64,000 bases of DNA from positions 12,334 through 76,333 of the forward strand of contig JAFGTD010000101.1 in NCBI GenBank assembly GCA_016934295.1, in the 5' to 3' direction. Origin of the DNA: Acidobacteriota bacterium (lineage in GTDB: Bacteria; Acidobacteriota; UBA6911). The translations under genes were made by a program, and so were the position numbers. The notes under the pieces were generated by a model. It searched no databases. It was not told the origin of the DNA and saw only the letters and a list, made by a program, of their open reading frames with translations. Numbering within the stretch: position 1 is the stretch's first letter; the number at the start of each line of letters is the position of its first letter. Below are positions 48,118-58,398 of the stretch, piece by piece.

Positions 48118-48909
48118 TTGCTTTTCAGGAAGGACTTCAATGTAACCGGCAGCCGCATCCTCGCTTTTGTCAGGAAAACCCTCCAGGCGGATTTCATCTC
48201 CGGGACGCAGGGCAATGCCGGTCACCACACGACGGGTGGAAGAGGTGCCGTCCGGTTCGGTCCGGCGAGTCGGAAGCGTATCGTCGGCGATCCAGGCATC
48301 GACAAGCTGGCCCGCTTAAAAAAGATGGAACCTTGCGGAACCTTGAGCGTAATCAAAGTATCGGATCTTGAAATTATACCATCCGGGATCTCCTTTGAAG
48401 ATAAATCGTGCGGTGCACCGTCCCTCCGGGCACCGCACAGCTGTTTCCCCGGACGCTGTTTCAAAATGTATGACCGGTTGTGAAATATAGCCTTCCAACA
48501 GCATCGATTCGGCTTCAATCCGGCCCGGATAGACTCCTACCCGTACCTTTTCGTCGGCAATTCCGGAAGTTTAAAAAAACCAGCCCGCAACGGCATCCCG
48601 CCAGAGTTCGGCGGCCCCCGCCTGATATTGAAGGGATTGCAGAATTTCACGATACCGTTGTTCATCGACGCGGCCTGAAAGCGATTGCCAGTCCCGCACA
48701 TAGCCTTCAGCCGATTCCGCACCGTCATAGTGGAAATCGTAAATATACTGGATCACGGTTTTCCCGGAATGCAGACTGTGCATATACGGCACATGATGCA
48801 TAAAAAGAGCCAGATCGTCGGGACAGGTTTCGAGAGACTCGTAAACTGCGGCAACTTCAGGAGGATACTGCCCGATGAAACCGGTGCCTGTGGCTACGGT
48901 ACGGTCCAT
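48118..48909 (-). pseudogene. frameshifted C-terminal remnant of a glycoside-hydrolase-like gene (weak resemblance to alpha-glucuronidase C-terminal domain)
   Basis: Three consecutive minus-strand ORF pieces in different frames (48571-48909, 48316-48504, 48222-48518) with no N-terminal catalytic part. The upstream space is occupied by the AOR gene. Confidence 0.35.
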
Positions 48910-49006
48910 TCCGAATCCGCCTTCATTACAAAACCGGCCAGATCCGGAATCACGTCATAGACGCCTTTGTGTTATATTTTTACCCGGCTACTCCCAGATT
49001 TCGGAA

Positions 49007-51055
49007 TCAGCCCAGCCTGCCTTTTTTCTCGAGCGCGGCCGCAACTTTCCCAAGATTCATCTTCTCGAGAGTGGCTCGCGTCGGATAGCCGTTTTCGTGA
49101 TTGTAGCCTTCGAATTTATAGAACCTGGTCTTGAAGTCTTCGACTTTTGCCCGATCCAGCTTGCGGCCGGCACCCGTGTCGTACTTCCACTTGCCGTCTA
49201 TATACATTGTCATATCGTGCCCCCTGGTCGGCCTGTCATAGATGTAGTCCGGGTAGACCTCCATATCCCGATGCCTTCCCTGCAACACCCAGATGGACCG
49301 GTCCAGGGTATAGATCTTGTGTCCGATTTCCATGTAGTCGGCAAAGGTAAGATTGTTACCGGTAACAGCGTTCCAGAATTTCTCTTCAGCCCGAGGCGTC
49401 GGGCCTCTCCTGTCGGCTGTATTGTTGGTGATGCACATCGGCCATCGCCAGCCGCAGAAACCTCCGGCTCCGACCCAGAATTTTTCATAGTGCTTGATCC
49501 ACGCGACCTGCTTGACCTTGGAATCGGAGTAGATCCCCGTCGGCCCGTCACTGTGATCCACCATGAACGGATCCCCCTGGTAGGGCTCCATTGCGTCCGT
49601 ATACAGCTTAGCCGTTTCTTCGGCCGTCAGGTACGGATCTCCCGACCAGGCCATCCAGTGTATAGGATAGTTGGACATCATGTGCAGCATGAGATCCCTT
49701 TCTCCCAACAGGGACCCGAACCCCCATTCCGCCTCTATGACCGGATCGTAATGGTTGGCCGTTCCATAGTAAGCCAGACTCAGTTCTCCGCTGTTGACAT
49801 CCTCCTCGTACCGACCGATTTTTTCCGCAAATCTGGCACAAGCCTCGGACAAATCATTGCCGATTCCCTCGCGCAGGGCGATCTGCCTCATGAGGGTATC
49901 GGCGTATCCGAACGTTCCATTCCGGTCCAGGGGAAGGTCGGTGTCGATCTGTTTCCCCTTCCCCAGAATTCCTTTCCGGTAAAGCGTCTGTACATAGCCC
50001 ATGAGAGGTATCAACTGCCAGTGGCCCAAGCCGTATTTCTGCATCAAATCGTTGCCCTGGCGGGTGAACTTCGTGGATCCCTGAACCGTGATCGTCATCG
50101 TACCGCCGCAGACCGACTCGTTGCTGTCACTCGTCGCCAGTCTCATGCGGCACCCTCGCGGACACGAAGCGCAGGCGGCCGCACGAGCCGGAGTGAGTGG
50201 GATATCACGATTGAGGGTATTGCCGCCGCTGGGCCGGCCGCTGATCAGGGCATAGGGCCCCCCAGTACCGAACCTTTCAGCCTCCCGGGGATTGTCCACA
50301 TCCCACTGGAACCGGCGGTACCATAGTCTGGCATCCATAAATGCCTTTGGATCGGCAATGGGAACATCGCTGGTCCCGATAGCGCTGATCGCCTTCAGCT
50401 TCTTGGAGCCGAACACGCCTCCGAAACCGCAAAGCGCCGCTTGAGAACCGGGACCATGCAACAGCGCCCCCAGTCGGCTCTTATTTTCGCCCGCCGGGCC
50501 GCAGCAGACAACGGCAGGTATCTGTGTCGTAAAGCAGTTCTCCGCCAGCTCGGCCCATTCGCCGTACTTAAGGTCGGGTACGACGCGCCTGGAGATTTCT
50601 TCCTGGGTGTCCCAGGTATCCATCCCCCAGATTCCGTTGGCACTTTCAATCTTGACCTTGTCGTTGACAATATTGATCCATACGGGCTCATCGGAGGCAC
50701 CTTCCACCACAATACCGTCCCATCCGGCAAACTTCAGCTGGGCCGTGAAACGTCCTCCAAAGTTACTGTGCCCGAACCATTCAATCGGATACAGCATCGG
50801 CCCGAGGCCCTGGACCTCGCATCTGCCGGAGCCCGGCATAAAAGTACCGGAGAACGGGGAAGCCATCATGATGATGCAGTTTCTGGGATCGAAGGCATCA
50901 AACGGCAGCTGATCGCCGACCAGGTCGAAAAAGACTGCGGAGCCTATGCCGTGGCCGCCACCGAACTCTTCATACTTCGCCGTATCGATCGTGCCGATTG
51001 TCTTTGTAGTCAAGTTGACTCTTAATATTTTTCCGGTGTATCCGCCTTTCATCAT
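49007..51055 (-). CDS. tungsten-type aldehyde:ferredoxin oxidoreductase family enzyme (long form, 682 aa)
   Basis: AOR N-terminal domain (GKILRVNLTTKTIG...EEFGGGHGIGSAVFFDL...) and C-terminal domains. Overlaps the upstream FeS-subunit gene by 4 nt. Confidence 0.85.
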   Translation of the reverse strand: MMKGGYTGKILRVNLTTKTIGTIDTAKYEEFGGGHGIGSAVFFDLVGDQLPFDAFDPRNCIIMMASPFSGTFMPGSGRCEVQGLGPMLYPIEWFGHSNFGGRFTAQLKFAGWDGIVVEGASDEPVWINIVNDKVKIESANGIWGMDTWDTQEEISRRVVPDLKYGEWAELAENCFTTQIPAVVCCGPAGENKSRLGALLHGPGSQAALCGFGGVFGSKKLKAISAIGTSDVPIADPKAFMDARLWYRRFQWDVDNPREAERFGTGGPYALISGRPSGGNTLNRDIPLTPARAAACASCPRGCRMRLATSDSNESVCGGTMTITVQGSTKFTRQGNDLMQKYGLGHWQLIPLMGYVQTLYRKGILGKGKQIDTDLPLDRNGTFGYADTLMRQIALREGIGNDLSEACARFAEKIGRYEEDVNSGELSLAYYGTANHYDPVIEAEWGFGSLLGERDLMLHMMSNYPIHWMAWSGDPYLTAEETAKLYTDAMEPYQGDPFMVDHSDGPTGIYSDSKVKQVAWIKHYEKFWVGAGGFCGWRWPMCITNNTADRRGPTPRAEEKFWNAVTGNNLTFADYMEIGHKIYTLDRSIWVLQGRHRDMEVYPDYIYDRPTRGHDMTMYIDGKWKYDTGAGRKLDRAKVEDFKTRFYKFEGYNHENGYPTRATLEKMNLGKVAAALEKKGRLG

Positions 51056-51834
51056 TCCTCACCTCCCGGCAGTATCCGCCACGTGAGATCCATTTTCGGC
51101 ACAACCGTACTGTTGTCCACCAGGCCGAGATTCAGCCAGTGATCGTTCCGAAGATTCACATCGTAGCCTTCGGTCTCTTTCTGCTCGGGCATTACGGCGA
51201 CAAATTTGATTGCCTTCATCGGGCAGGTTTCGACGCAGGCCTGTTTTCCGCCGGGGCCCCCTTTCTCATTCCAGTAGGGCGTGTCCAGGCACAAATCGCA
51301 CTTGGAAGATTTTCCTTTGCCGTCAATGACAACCCATACGGTCCGGTGAGGCTGTTGCGGACACATTTTCAGACAGGTCCTGCAGCCGATGCATTTGCTG
51401 CTGTCGATCCTTCGAACATTGCCGTTTTCAGTATCCACAAAGGCTGCGCCAACCGGGCAGTTCTGAACGCAGACCGGAGTCTTGCACTGCCGGCAGGGCG
51501 CCATTTGGATATCGTTGGGAAATTTGCCGAAGGAATCCTGGATAATCTGAATGCGGGAACGCGACAGATTCTGGACTCCATAATGAACCAGCGAGCAGCT
51601 GAGCATGCACGTCGTGCAGCCCGCGCATTTCTTACTGTCGTACACCAGATAGCCTTCGGACGCGGGATACGTCGTTGCAGCGGCCGGCGGCGAGGGTGTG
51701 GCTGCCTTCGCGGGGGTTGATGCAATGAGGGCATCCACGGCGGCAACCGTTCCTCCGGCGACTAGAAAGTCGCGCCTTGATAATCCCTTTTTGACATTAG
51801 ATTCTTTGTTTCCGGCCTTTTTATCTCCAGGCAT
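51052..51834 (-). CDS. Tat-signal 4x[4Fe-4S] ferredoxin-type subunit, partner of the AOR
   Basis: Twin-arginine motif SRRDFLVAGG followed by AxA-like cleavage region. Four CxxCxxCxxxCP-type clusters. AAGGAG RBS before ATG at 51834; the ORF track extends to 51864. Confidence 0.75.
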   Translation of the reverse strand: MPGDKKAGNKESNVKKGLSRRDFLVAGGTVAAVDALIASTPAKAATPSPPAAATTYPASEGYLVYDSKKCAGCTTCMLSCSLVHYGVQNLSRSRIQIIQDSFGKFPNDIQMAPCRQCKTPVCVQNCPVGAAFVDTENGNVRRIDSSKCIGCRTCLKMCPQQPHRTVWVVIDGKGKSSKCDLCLDTPYWNEKGGPGGKQACVETCPMKAIKFVAVMPEQKETEGYDVNLRNDHWLNLGLVDNSTVVPKMDLTWRILPGGEE

Positions 51835-52484
51835 ACATAACTCCTTTTCCCTCTTAATCCTCACCCCTCACACCATTCCGCCGATGCGCCGACCTGAAGC
51901 AGTGCACAGCAGCGCGGCTGCGCCGACACAGTAAAAATCATGCGGGAAGTGCGGATTAAGCACCCGCCCGGCCAGGCGGCCGACGGGAATTATTTTTGGG
52001 ATCAAATCCGTCATATTCGGAATCTTATAGCATCCCTTTTGAAAAATAAAAACCCTATTAAATTGAAACACGATCGCTCCATGGGACGGGAACAGAACCG
52101 TCAACTGCAGCTGCATGGTTCCAGCGTGGAAGGTGCGCCAGACGGAGTATCAATTTTATGGAGAATGGAAAAGACAGGGGGAAAAACAAGCAGGCGCATG
52201 CTCGGAAAATACGGCTATCCAGGCTCTCACCGGAAAATTCCAGCCGGATTATTACAGGTGGAAAACGGACGTTCCGGTTCTATATTTCTCGGCGACGGCG
52301 ACCATGTGCGATCGCGGCCGAAGTCTTAATGGAGTTGAAATAATGGGAACCTATTCTCATTTCCTGAAAATAATACAGTCTTCCTCTTGCGGACGGTATC
52401 GTCCCCATCGTATCGGCAAACCGCCTGAAGGGCAGACCGGCGGTAGAGGATAATCAAATATTACCAACCGGTTACCGGTCGTAT

Positions 52485-52889
52485 TTAAGGACAGCTTTCA
52501 AGCCACTTCTTGGCTTCGTCAATATTCGAGAAAAAACGGGTCTCAACACCCCGAGCGGTATATTTTTCAGCCAGCTTTTTTAAGGTAATCTGGCCGATAG
52601 CCTTTTCCGGAGTAAGGATAGCCCAGTATTTCCAACCGCACAAAGCCACGCGGGGAAACCAGTCCTTGTCGCCCCACTCCAGGTCTTCCTGGGCAAAGGC
52701 GGAGACTTTCCTGTCATCGGACAGCCACTTCTTGGCCCCGTATTTCTGGAAAACTTCCACACCCTTATTCATGATATCGCGGAATTCCTGACCGAAAAAA
52801 AACTGATGCATTTCGTGATGCAGAATTTTGCTGTCCGGATAGTACTTCATAGTGACATTTTTATTGTCCAAAACCATAATTTCTGCCAT
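52485..52889 (-). CDS. hypothetical protein (weak resemblance to STAS/SpoIIAA-like DUF3478-type domains)
   Basis: 134-aa ORF. No confident family assignment. Confidence 0.35.
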   Translation of the reverse strand: MAEIMVLDNKNVTMKYYPDSKILHHEMHQFFFGQEFRDIMNKGVEVFQKYGAKKWLSDDRKVSAFAQEDLEWGDKDWFPRVALCGWKYWAILTPEKAIGQITLKKLAEKYTARGVETRFFSNIDEAKKWLESCP

Positions 52890-53242
52890 TGCTCGTTTCT
52901 CCTTGAGCTTTAATTAATAATCGAAGAGGGTAGGCCGATACATTTCACCCATCATAGAATCATTATCGGCAAAAATTACTAGTCAATTAGAAGGATCGCC
53001 TCGAATTTACGGCACAAAAATGCCTCTATTCTTTCCAACAAATTACAACGATTGATTGCCGATTGAAGCTTGAAGATTACAGATTGGGGATGACTTGAGT
53101 AGTTACCTTGTTAGTATTATTTGTACAGTTTTTTAGTTTTGAGAGGATTTAATTTCCCAACTTATGCTCCTGTTACAATGAACCCCGCAAACATGGTGAA
53201 TCCAGACCGACAGTTTATAATCTTCAATATTTAATTTTCAAT

Positions 53243-54802
53243 TTATTTCATCCATGCCGGCATCCCGTCCAGGGAGATGCCCCATACCGGAACGATCCAG
53301 AAATATATGAAGGCGGTAATGAATATCACCGTAATCAGGTTCAGCAGGAATCCGGTTTTGGCCATGCGGTCGAGGCTGACACGCCCGCTTGCAAACACGA
53401 TGGCATTGGGAGGCGTTCCGATAGGAAGCATGAATGCGCAGGAAGCGGCCATTGTGGCGGGCAGCATCAACAGGAGCGGGTTAATGTTTAAAGCTTCGGC
53501 TGTAGCCACCAGTATGGGAAGCAGCATTTGAGTGGAAGCGGTATTGGAGGTGACTTCCGTTAAAAAAGTCATCATTAGAGCGATTGCCGCAATCAAAACC
53601 GGAACCGGAACGTCCTGAAGAACCGCGAGCTGGGCGCCCACCCACTCCGTCAATCCCGACTCCTCGAATCCGGCGGCAATGGCGAATCCACCGCCGAACA
53701 GCAGCAGAATGCCCCACGGCGCCTGCTTGGCATGCTTCCAGTCAAGAAGATAAACGTGTTTTTTCATGTCCACGGGCAGAATAAAACAGAGTATCCCCAT
53801 CCCCATTGCAACCGTGGAATCGTGTACATACTCGTCGACGCCTAAAAGACCGGCCCAACCGCGGATCGTGATATTGCCCAGGTTAATATCGCTGCGAAAT
53901 ATCCAAAGAAGTGCGGTCACTATAAATACTGCAAGAATCATTTCTTCGCCCCGATTCATTTTCCCCAGTTTTTCCGTTTCCACCCGGATGACCTCGTCGG
54001 CGTTCTCAAGAACCTGCCCTCTTGTCGGGAGAGCAATCTTGATCATATAGATCCACATGAGCGGCACGAGAATAGCCGTGAAAGGCAGGCCGATTTTGAG
54101 CCATTCAATAAAGGTAATGGCCGGCGCACTCGGAAATTGGTTCTCGAAAATCCCTGCGAAGACAAGGTTGGGAAAGGTGCCTATCAGGGTTCCCACGCCG
54201 CCGATATTGGCGGCATAAGCGATGCCCAACATCATACACATACCGAAATTCATGACGTTCGGGAGGGGATTTTTTCCCTGCAGTTCCTCTGTCTTGACGA
54301 TGATTCCCAGACCGATGGGCATCATCATCATGCAGGTGGCGCTGTTTGAAATCCACATGGACAAAAAAGCTGAAGCTATCATGAATCCCAAGATCAATCG
54401 CGGCGCACTGGTGCCGACAAGATTGATGATCCAAAACGCGATACGCGTGTGAAGGTTCCAGCGCTGCATGCTTATGGCTATGAAAAAACCGCCCAGCAGA
54501 AGAAAAACGAAATGGTTTGTGTAGTTGGGCGCTACCAGGCTGTATGGCATGATTTTAAGCAGAGGGAATGCGACAAGCGGAATCAGTGCCGTAACGCCCA
54601 GGGGCATGGACTCGCCTATCCACCAGCAGCACATCAGAACAACGGTGGCGGCCATGAACTTCGCCTCCGGCATCATTCCCTCAGGTGTCGGGCCGAGCGC
54701 AACCAGGCCAAAAAGAGCAATTCCAAGCCAGAATCCCGCAGTTTTCCGCCAATGGGTAGGCGACGCCATTTTAACGGAAGGATCGGAAGATAAAGTATCC
54801 AT
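53243..54802 (-). CDS. DASS/SLC13 family Na+-coupled anion (dicarboxylate/sulfate) permease
   Basis: 519 aa, about 13 predicted TM segments, typical DASS architecture. Confidence 0.75.
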   Translation of the reverse strand: MDTLSSDPSVKMASPTHWRKTAGFWLGIALFGLVALGPTPEGMMPEAKFMAATVVLMCCWWIGESMPLGVTALIPLVAFPLLKIMPYSLVAPNYTNHFVFLLLGGFFIAISMQRWNLHTRIAFWIINLVGTSAPRLILGFMIASAFLSMWISNSATCMMMMPIGLGIIVKTEELQGKNPLPNVMNFGMCMMLGIAYAANIGGVGTLIGTFPNLVFAGIFENQFPSAPAITFIEWLKIGLPFTAILVPLMWIYMIKIALPTRGQVLENADEVIRVETEKLGKMNRGEEMILAVFIVTALLWIFRSDINLGNITIRGWAGLLGVDEYVHDSTVAMGMGILCFILPVDMKKHVYLLDWKHAKQAPWGILLLFGGGFAIAAGFEESGLTEWVGAQLAVLQDVPVPVLIAAIALMMTFLTEVTSNTASTQMLLPILVATAEALNINPLLLMLPATMAASCAFMLPIGTPPNAIVFASGRVSLDRMAKTGFLLNLITVIFITAFIYFWIVPVWGISLDGMPAWMK

Positions 54803-55075
54803 GCACTATTCCAGCCGGCAGTTCGCTCAAAGCTCCTGCTGCAGGCAGTACTCAAACACAATGAATTGACCCGTTAGTATAGGCCTATGATGCCAAGAGT
54901 GCGTGTGAATTGAAAAGAAAAAACTAAAATTAGCCGGGAGTCAGGCTCAGCCTACGGTGCCAATGAAGGCAAGCAGATTAAGAATGCAACGTCCATAATC
55001 CAAAAAACCCGGGATCCCTTTTTACATTAAGGCTCCGGTTTGAATAATTTAAGATGCCTTATTCCCGGGCAGGCT

Positions 55076-56824
55076 TTATTTCTCAATCTTAATCGCCTGA
55101 ATAAGTCCGATGAAATCCTCGTCGAAGGCCGTGACGTATTCAATCTCCACCTGACAGTCTTGAAGATCCCGGCAGGGATCGAATTCCTCCTCTCCGGAGA
55201 GCTCGGGTCCCCAATATCCGACCTCGTAATAGTTCCGGGCCCGCAACATCTGCCGTTTATTACCGGATTCCAGCGTTATGTCCATAACCGCGGGGTATTC
55301 GCAACCGACAGAACGGATGATTCCCCTGATCTTAGACTTCGGACCGGTTCGAACCGGGCGTTTGGATTCATCAATCCGCCGATTCAGCTCCTGCCATTGC
55401 ATGGACTGGTCACCGGACAGTTCGTCCGTTGCCGAATTATTCGCCGTTGACTCATCCGTCATGAACCCACCCATGGAAGAGTCATCGGCTTCAGTGAGAT
55501 CCCCGGACGGGGAGTCCGGCTTTGAATTACGGATACGATTCTCCCATTCCTTTTTTTCGCGTTCCGCCCTTAGTCTGTTCTCCTTGTTTTGGAGTATATT
55601 CTTCAAAAAATCACGGCTTGCCTTGTCTTCGGGATTCATTGCAACGGCTTTTTGCATGTACTCTTCTGCTTTATCGAGGTCCGAATCCCGCTTTAACGCC
55701 GCTTCAGCGGCAAAAAAATAGGACAGGTAGCTTTGCCCGCCAAGATCGGCTGCCGTTGCATAGTGCTCTCCGGCTTTTGCGCGGTCGCCCTGACGTAGAA
55801 ACAGCATCCCCATGCCCTCGTGGGCGGCCGGATTATCAGGATCCAGCTGCAGGGCTTTATTCAGCATTCTTTCGGACTGTTCCATCTGACGATTCGCAAA
55901 CAGGACTCCGCCGCGAACCGCCAGGGATTCGCTTTCAGACAGAACGCGGATCGGGTATTCGTCCTCTTTAGTTTCAAGTTCGATCTGGATGCGCATGTGT
56001 TTCATCGACAGGTTTCCGTAGCGATTGATTTCCAATCTCAGGTTTTCAAAATCCCCGAAGATTTGCCGGGCTGCGTCCGTCGACGAAACACCGCTCCGCA
56101 CCTTGCTAAGGTAGGCATTCAGCTTGCCGCTGTTCTCCTTATCCCCCAGCTGCATATAATGAACCAGCCCCCAGCACTGCGCATAAAACATTTCGTGCCT
56201 GGTCCTGTCTCCGGCATATGCGGATCCGTCGGTGTCGGAAAATAGGACTTCCCACGGAAGCATGCGGCGGTTTCTCAGGTAATAGAGGAATGCTTCATGG
56301 GGCAATCCGATAAAAGCGTTTTTGTCGGAACATTTCGCTTCGCCGTAAAATTCCGACAATCCTATGGCAAGCCAGCGCGGCAGAGTCCTGATGTTGAGCT
56401 GTAGAATCCGGCTGACATAGCCCTTGTATATAATCGGATAGGCCTGGTCCACATGGACGTCCGTTTGAAGAATGACGTAATCCCTGTCCGTAGCATTGGC
56501 AAAAAATCCCACCGGCACCATCCGGCCGGGAGGATCGTTTTCACCGAAAAGCAACCGTTTCATGCTGTTCCCGTTGTGCGCGGCAACAACGACCAGCGAT
56601 CTTCCGCCTTCGATTTTGTATTTCGGAAAAGCTGTCTCCATAACTTTGCGGAACTGTTCCAGACGGTGTGCCGTCTGCCGGGCTCTTTTTTCAGAGGAAT
56701 CGCTGAAAACATTAAAATGGGGACTTCGGGCTTCAATCCATTTCCGTTCCTTTGCATGACCCGGAAGGGAGCAGGCCAGAAATCCAAGGATAAACAGGCT
56801 GTATACATAGCGGCGGTTCGTCAT
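55076..56824 (-). CDS. secreted TPR-repeat protein
   Basis: Signal peptide. Multiple TPR-like repeats in the central part. Acidic/K-rich linker then C-terminal domain. Confidence 0.55.
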   Translation of the reverse strand: MTNRRYVYSLFILGFLACSLPGHAKERKWIEARSPHFNVFSDSSEKRARQTAHRLEQFRKVMETAFPKYKIEGGRSLVVVAAHNGNSMKRLLFGENDPPGRMVPVGFFANATDRDYVILQTDVHVDQAYPIIYKGYVSRILQLNIRTLPRWLAIGLSEFYGEAKCSDKNAFIGLPHEAFLYYLRNRRMLPWEVLFSDTDGSAYAGDRTRHEMFYAQCWGLVHYMQLGDKENSGKLNAYLSKVRSGVSSTDAARQIFGDFENLRLEINRYGNLSMKHMRIQIELETKEDEYPIRVLSESESLAVRGGVLFANRQMEQSERMLNKALQLDPDNPAAHEGMGMLFLRQGDRAKAGEHYATAADLGGQSYLSYFFAAEAALKRDSDLDKAEEYMQKAVAMNPEDKASRDFLKNILQNKENRLRAEREKKEWENRIRNSKPDSPSGDLTEADDSSMGGFMTDESTANNSATDELSGDQSMQWQELNRRIDESKRPVRTGPKSKIRGIIRSVGCEYPAVMDITLESGNKRQMLRARNYYEVGYWGPELSGEEEFDPCRDLQDCQVEIEYVTAFDEDFIGLIQAIKIEK

Positions 56825-56890
56825 CTTTGCCTCTGGATTGTATATATTTCTAAAGGACGTTCCTGTACCGCTGGTGCGGCATGCTCTCTC

Positions 56891-58192
56891 CTATTGCCGG
56901 TCGTCGGGCATCTTCGCTAACATCTCATGCATTTCCGCCACGAGGATTTCGGCATTGCGTACGGGAGACAGGTTATATTTCCACCAAGGATCGTTATCGT
57001 TGGGAGACTTGCCGACCGGCAGTTCAAAGATGCGCTCAATCCCCAGCAGGGCGCCCTCGGAATCGTTTCTGATGCGGGCAAGCTGGCTCAGCCCGAAAAG
57101 AGGAGATTGTGCATTCGGGTAAAGCATGGCAGCGCGTTCGTAATGATTCCGCGCCTCTCTGAAACGGGAAATCATTGCAAATTCACGGCCCTGATAGAGT
57201 GCGATGTAGTATTTGAGTTGTGGATCCTTAATAAACTCGGATGCCTTTTGCAGTTCCGCAATTGCTTTGCGATGGTCCCCAAGGAGTCCATAGACTCTCC
57301 CAAGCCGCAGACGCGCTTCAGCAAAATCAGGATTCACTTCTATCGCCTTGAGGAATAATTTTCTCGCCTTTTTCAATTCTGATTTCTTTGATCCGTAAGA
57401 CCCTGAGCTTCCCGGAGGCAACTGGGCATTTTGATGGGAAGGGGCCGCCTGGGTTTCATGCAATACACCGGTATAAAAAAGGATCCTGTCGTCTGAAGGG
57501 TATATTTCTTTCGCGCTTTCGAGGTTAGGCTTGGCATCTGCCAGATGGCCGCGACTCAACATGTAGGCTGTCGTTGCAATATACCACTGCCTTGCCGTCT
57601 CATCCTGTGAAGGGGATGGAGCGATTGCGTCAATCAGCCTGCGGGCAAAAGGCCAATGGAATTTCCGGGGAATGGGGATAACGCGACCGTCTACAAATAT
57701 GCCTACTCCGTCATTTCTGTCGGGATATGCATCCGTTTCCAGGTCCAGCAAAGCGATATCCGTGTGCAACAGGGCGCCTTCTTTCAGTATGCGATTCAAG
57801 TCTCCCTGCTGGATTTCCTGTGTCGTAACGCCCAGCCTTCGCCGAATCGGTGCTTTGGACAATGTACGACTTATGGATTTCTTCGATTTACCCGCCAGAT
57901 CGGTGACAAAATCTATTACGATTTCACAATCCGCGGGATTCCATTGGCCTATCGTTGCCGCCGCCGTGTCGGGTTTCCCGGCCGCATGTTGTTCGGCTGC
58001 TTCCCGCCACTCCATCACTTTCTGCAGGATGTAGTTGGTATCGTTTCTTCTGTCGTCTTCCTGCCGCCCCGGAGACGGCGGCAGTGGCCCGGGAGATCCA
58101 TGCAAAGATATCGCCCCACCTATCGTGACAGCGCAGAACAGAATCGTTCCGGCTGCCAGGTTCTGCAGTCTACGGACTGAAGGATGCTTCAT
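56891..58192 (-). CDS. secreted TPR-repeat protein
   Basis: Signal peptide and TPR repeats in the C-terminal half. Confidence 0.55.
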   Translation of the reverse strand: MKHPSVRRLQNLAAGTILFCAVTIGGAISLHGSPGPLPPSPGRQEDDRRNDTNYILQKVMEWREAAEQHAAGKPDTAAATIGQWNPADCEIVIDFVTDLAGKSKKSISRTLSKAPIRRRLGVTTQEIQQGDLNRILKEGALLHTDIALLDLETDAYPDRNDGVGIFVDGRVIPIPRKFHWPFARRLIDAIAPSPSQDETARQWYIATTAYMLSRGHLADAKPNLESAKEIYPSDDRILFYTGVLHETQAAPSHQNAQLPPGSSGSYGSKKSELKKARKLFLKAIEVNPDFAEARLRLGRVYGLLGDHRKAIAELQKASEFIKDPQLKYYIALYQGREFAMISRFREARNHYERAAMLYPNAQSPLFGLSQLARIRNDSEGALLGIERIFELPVGKSPNDNDPWWKYNLSPVRNAEILVAEMHEMLAKMPDDRQ

Positions 58193-58398
58193 TTCACCCT
58201 CCCAACGGCTGCAATTCCTGACGGGCCTATCATAAAACTCACCAATGTATTCTTATAAAATATATAATGCAGTATAAGGTTGAATCTATTCTAAATCTGC
58301 AAAAATAATATAAACCATTGTATTATAAAGAAATTCCGGGAAAGTTTGATAGAGCCCATGAGTTTCAAACAGCCTGCATCCTCTATTAGGAACCGCTG

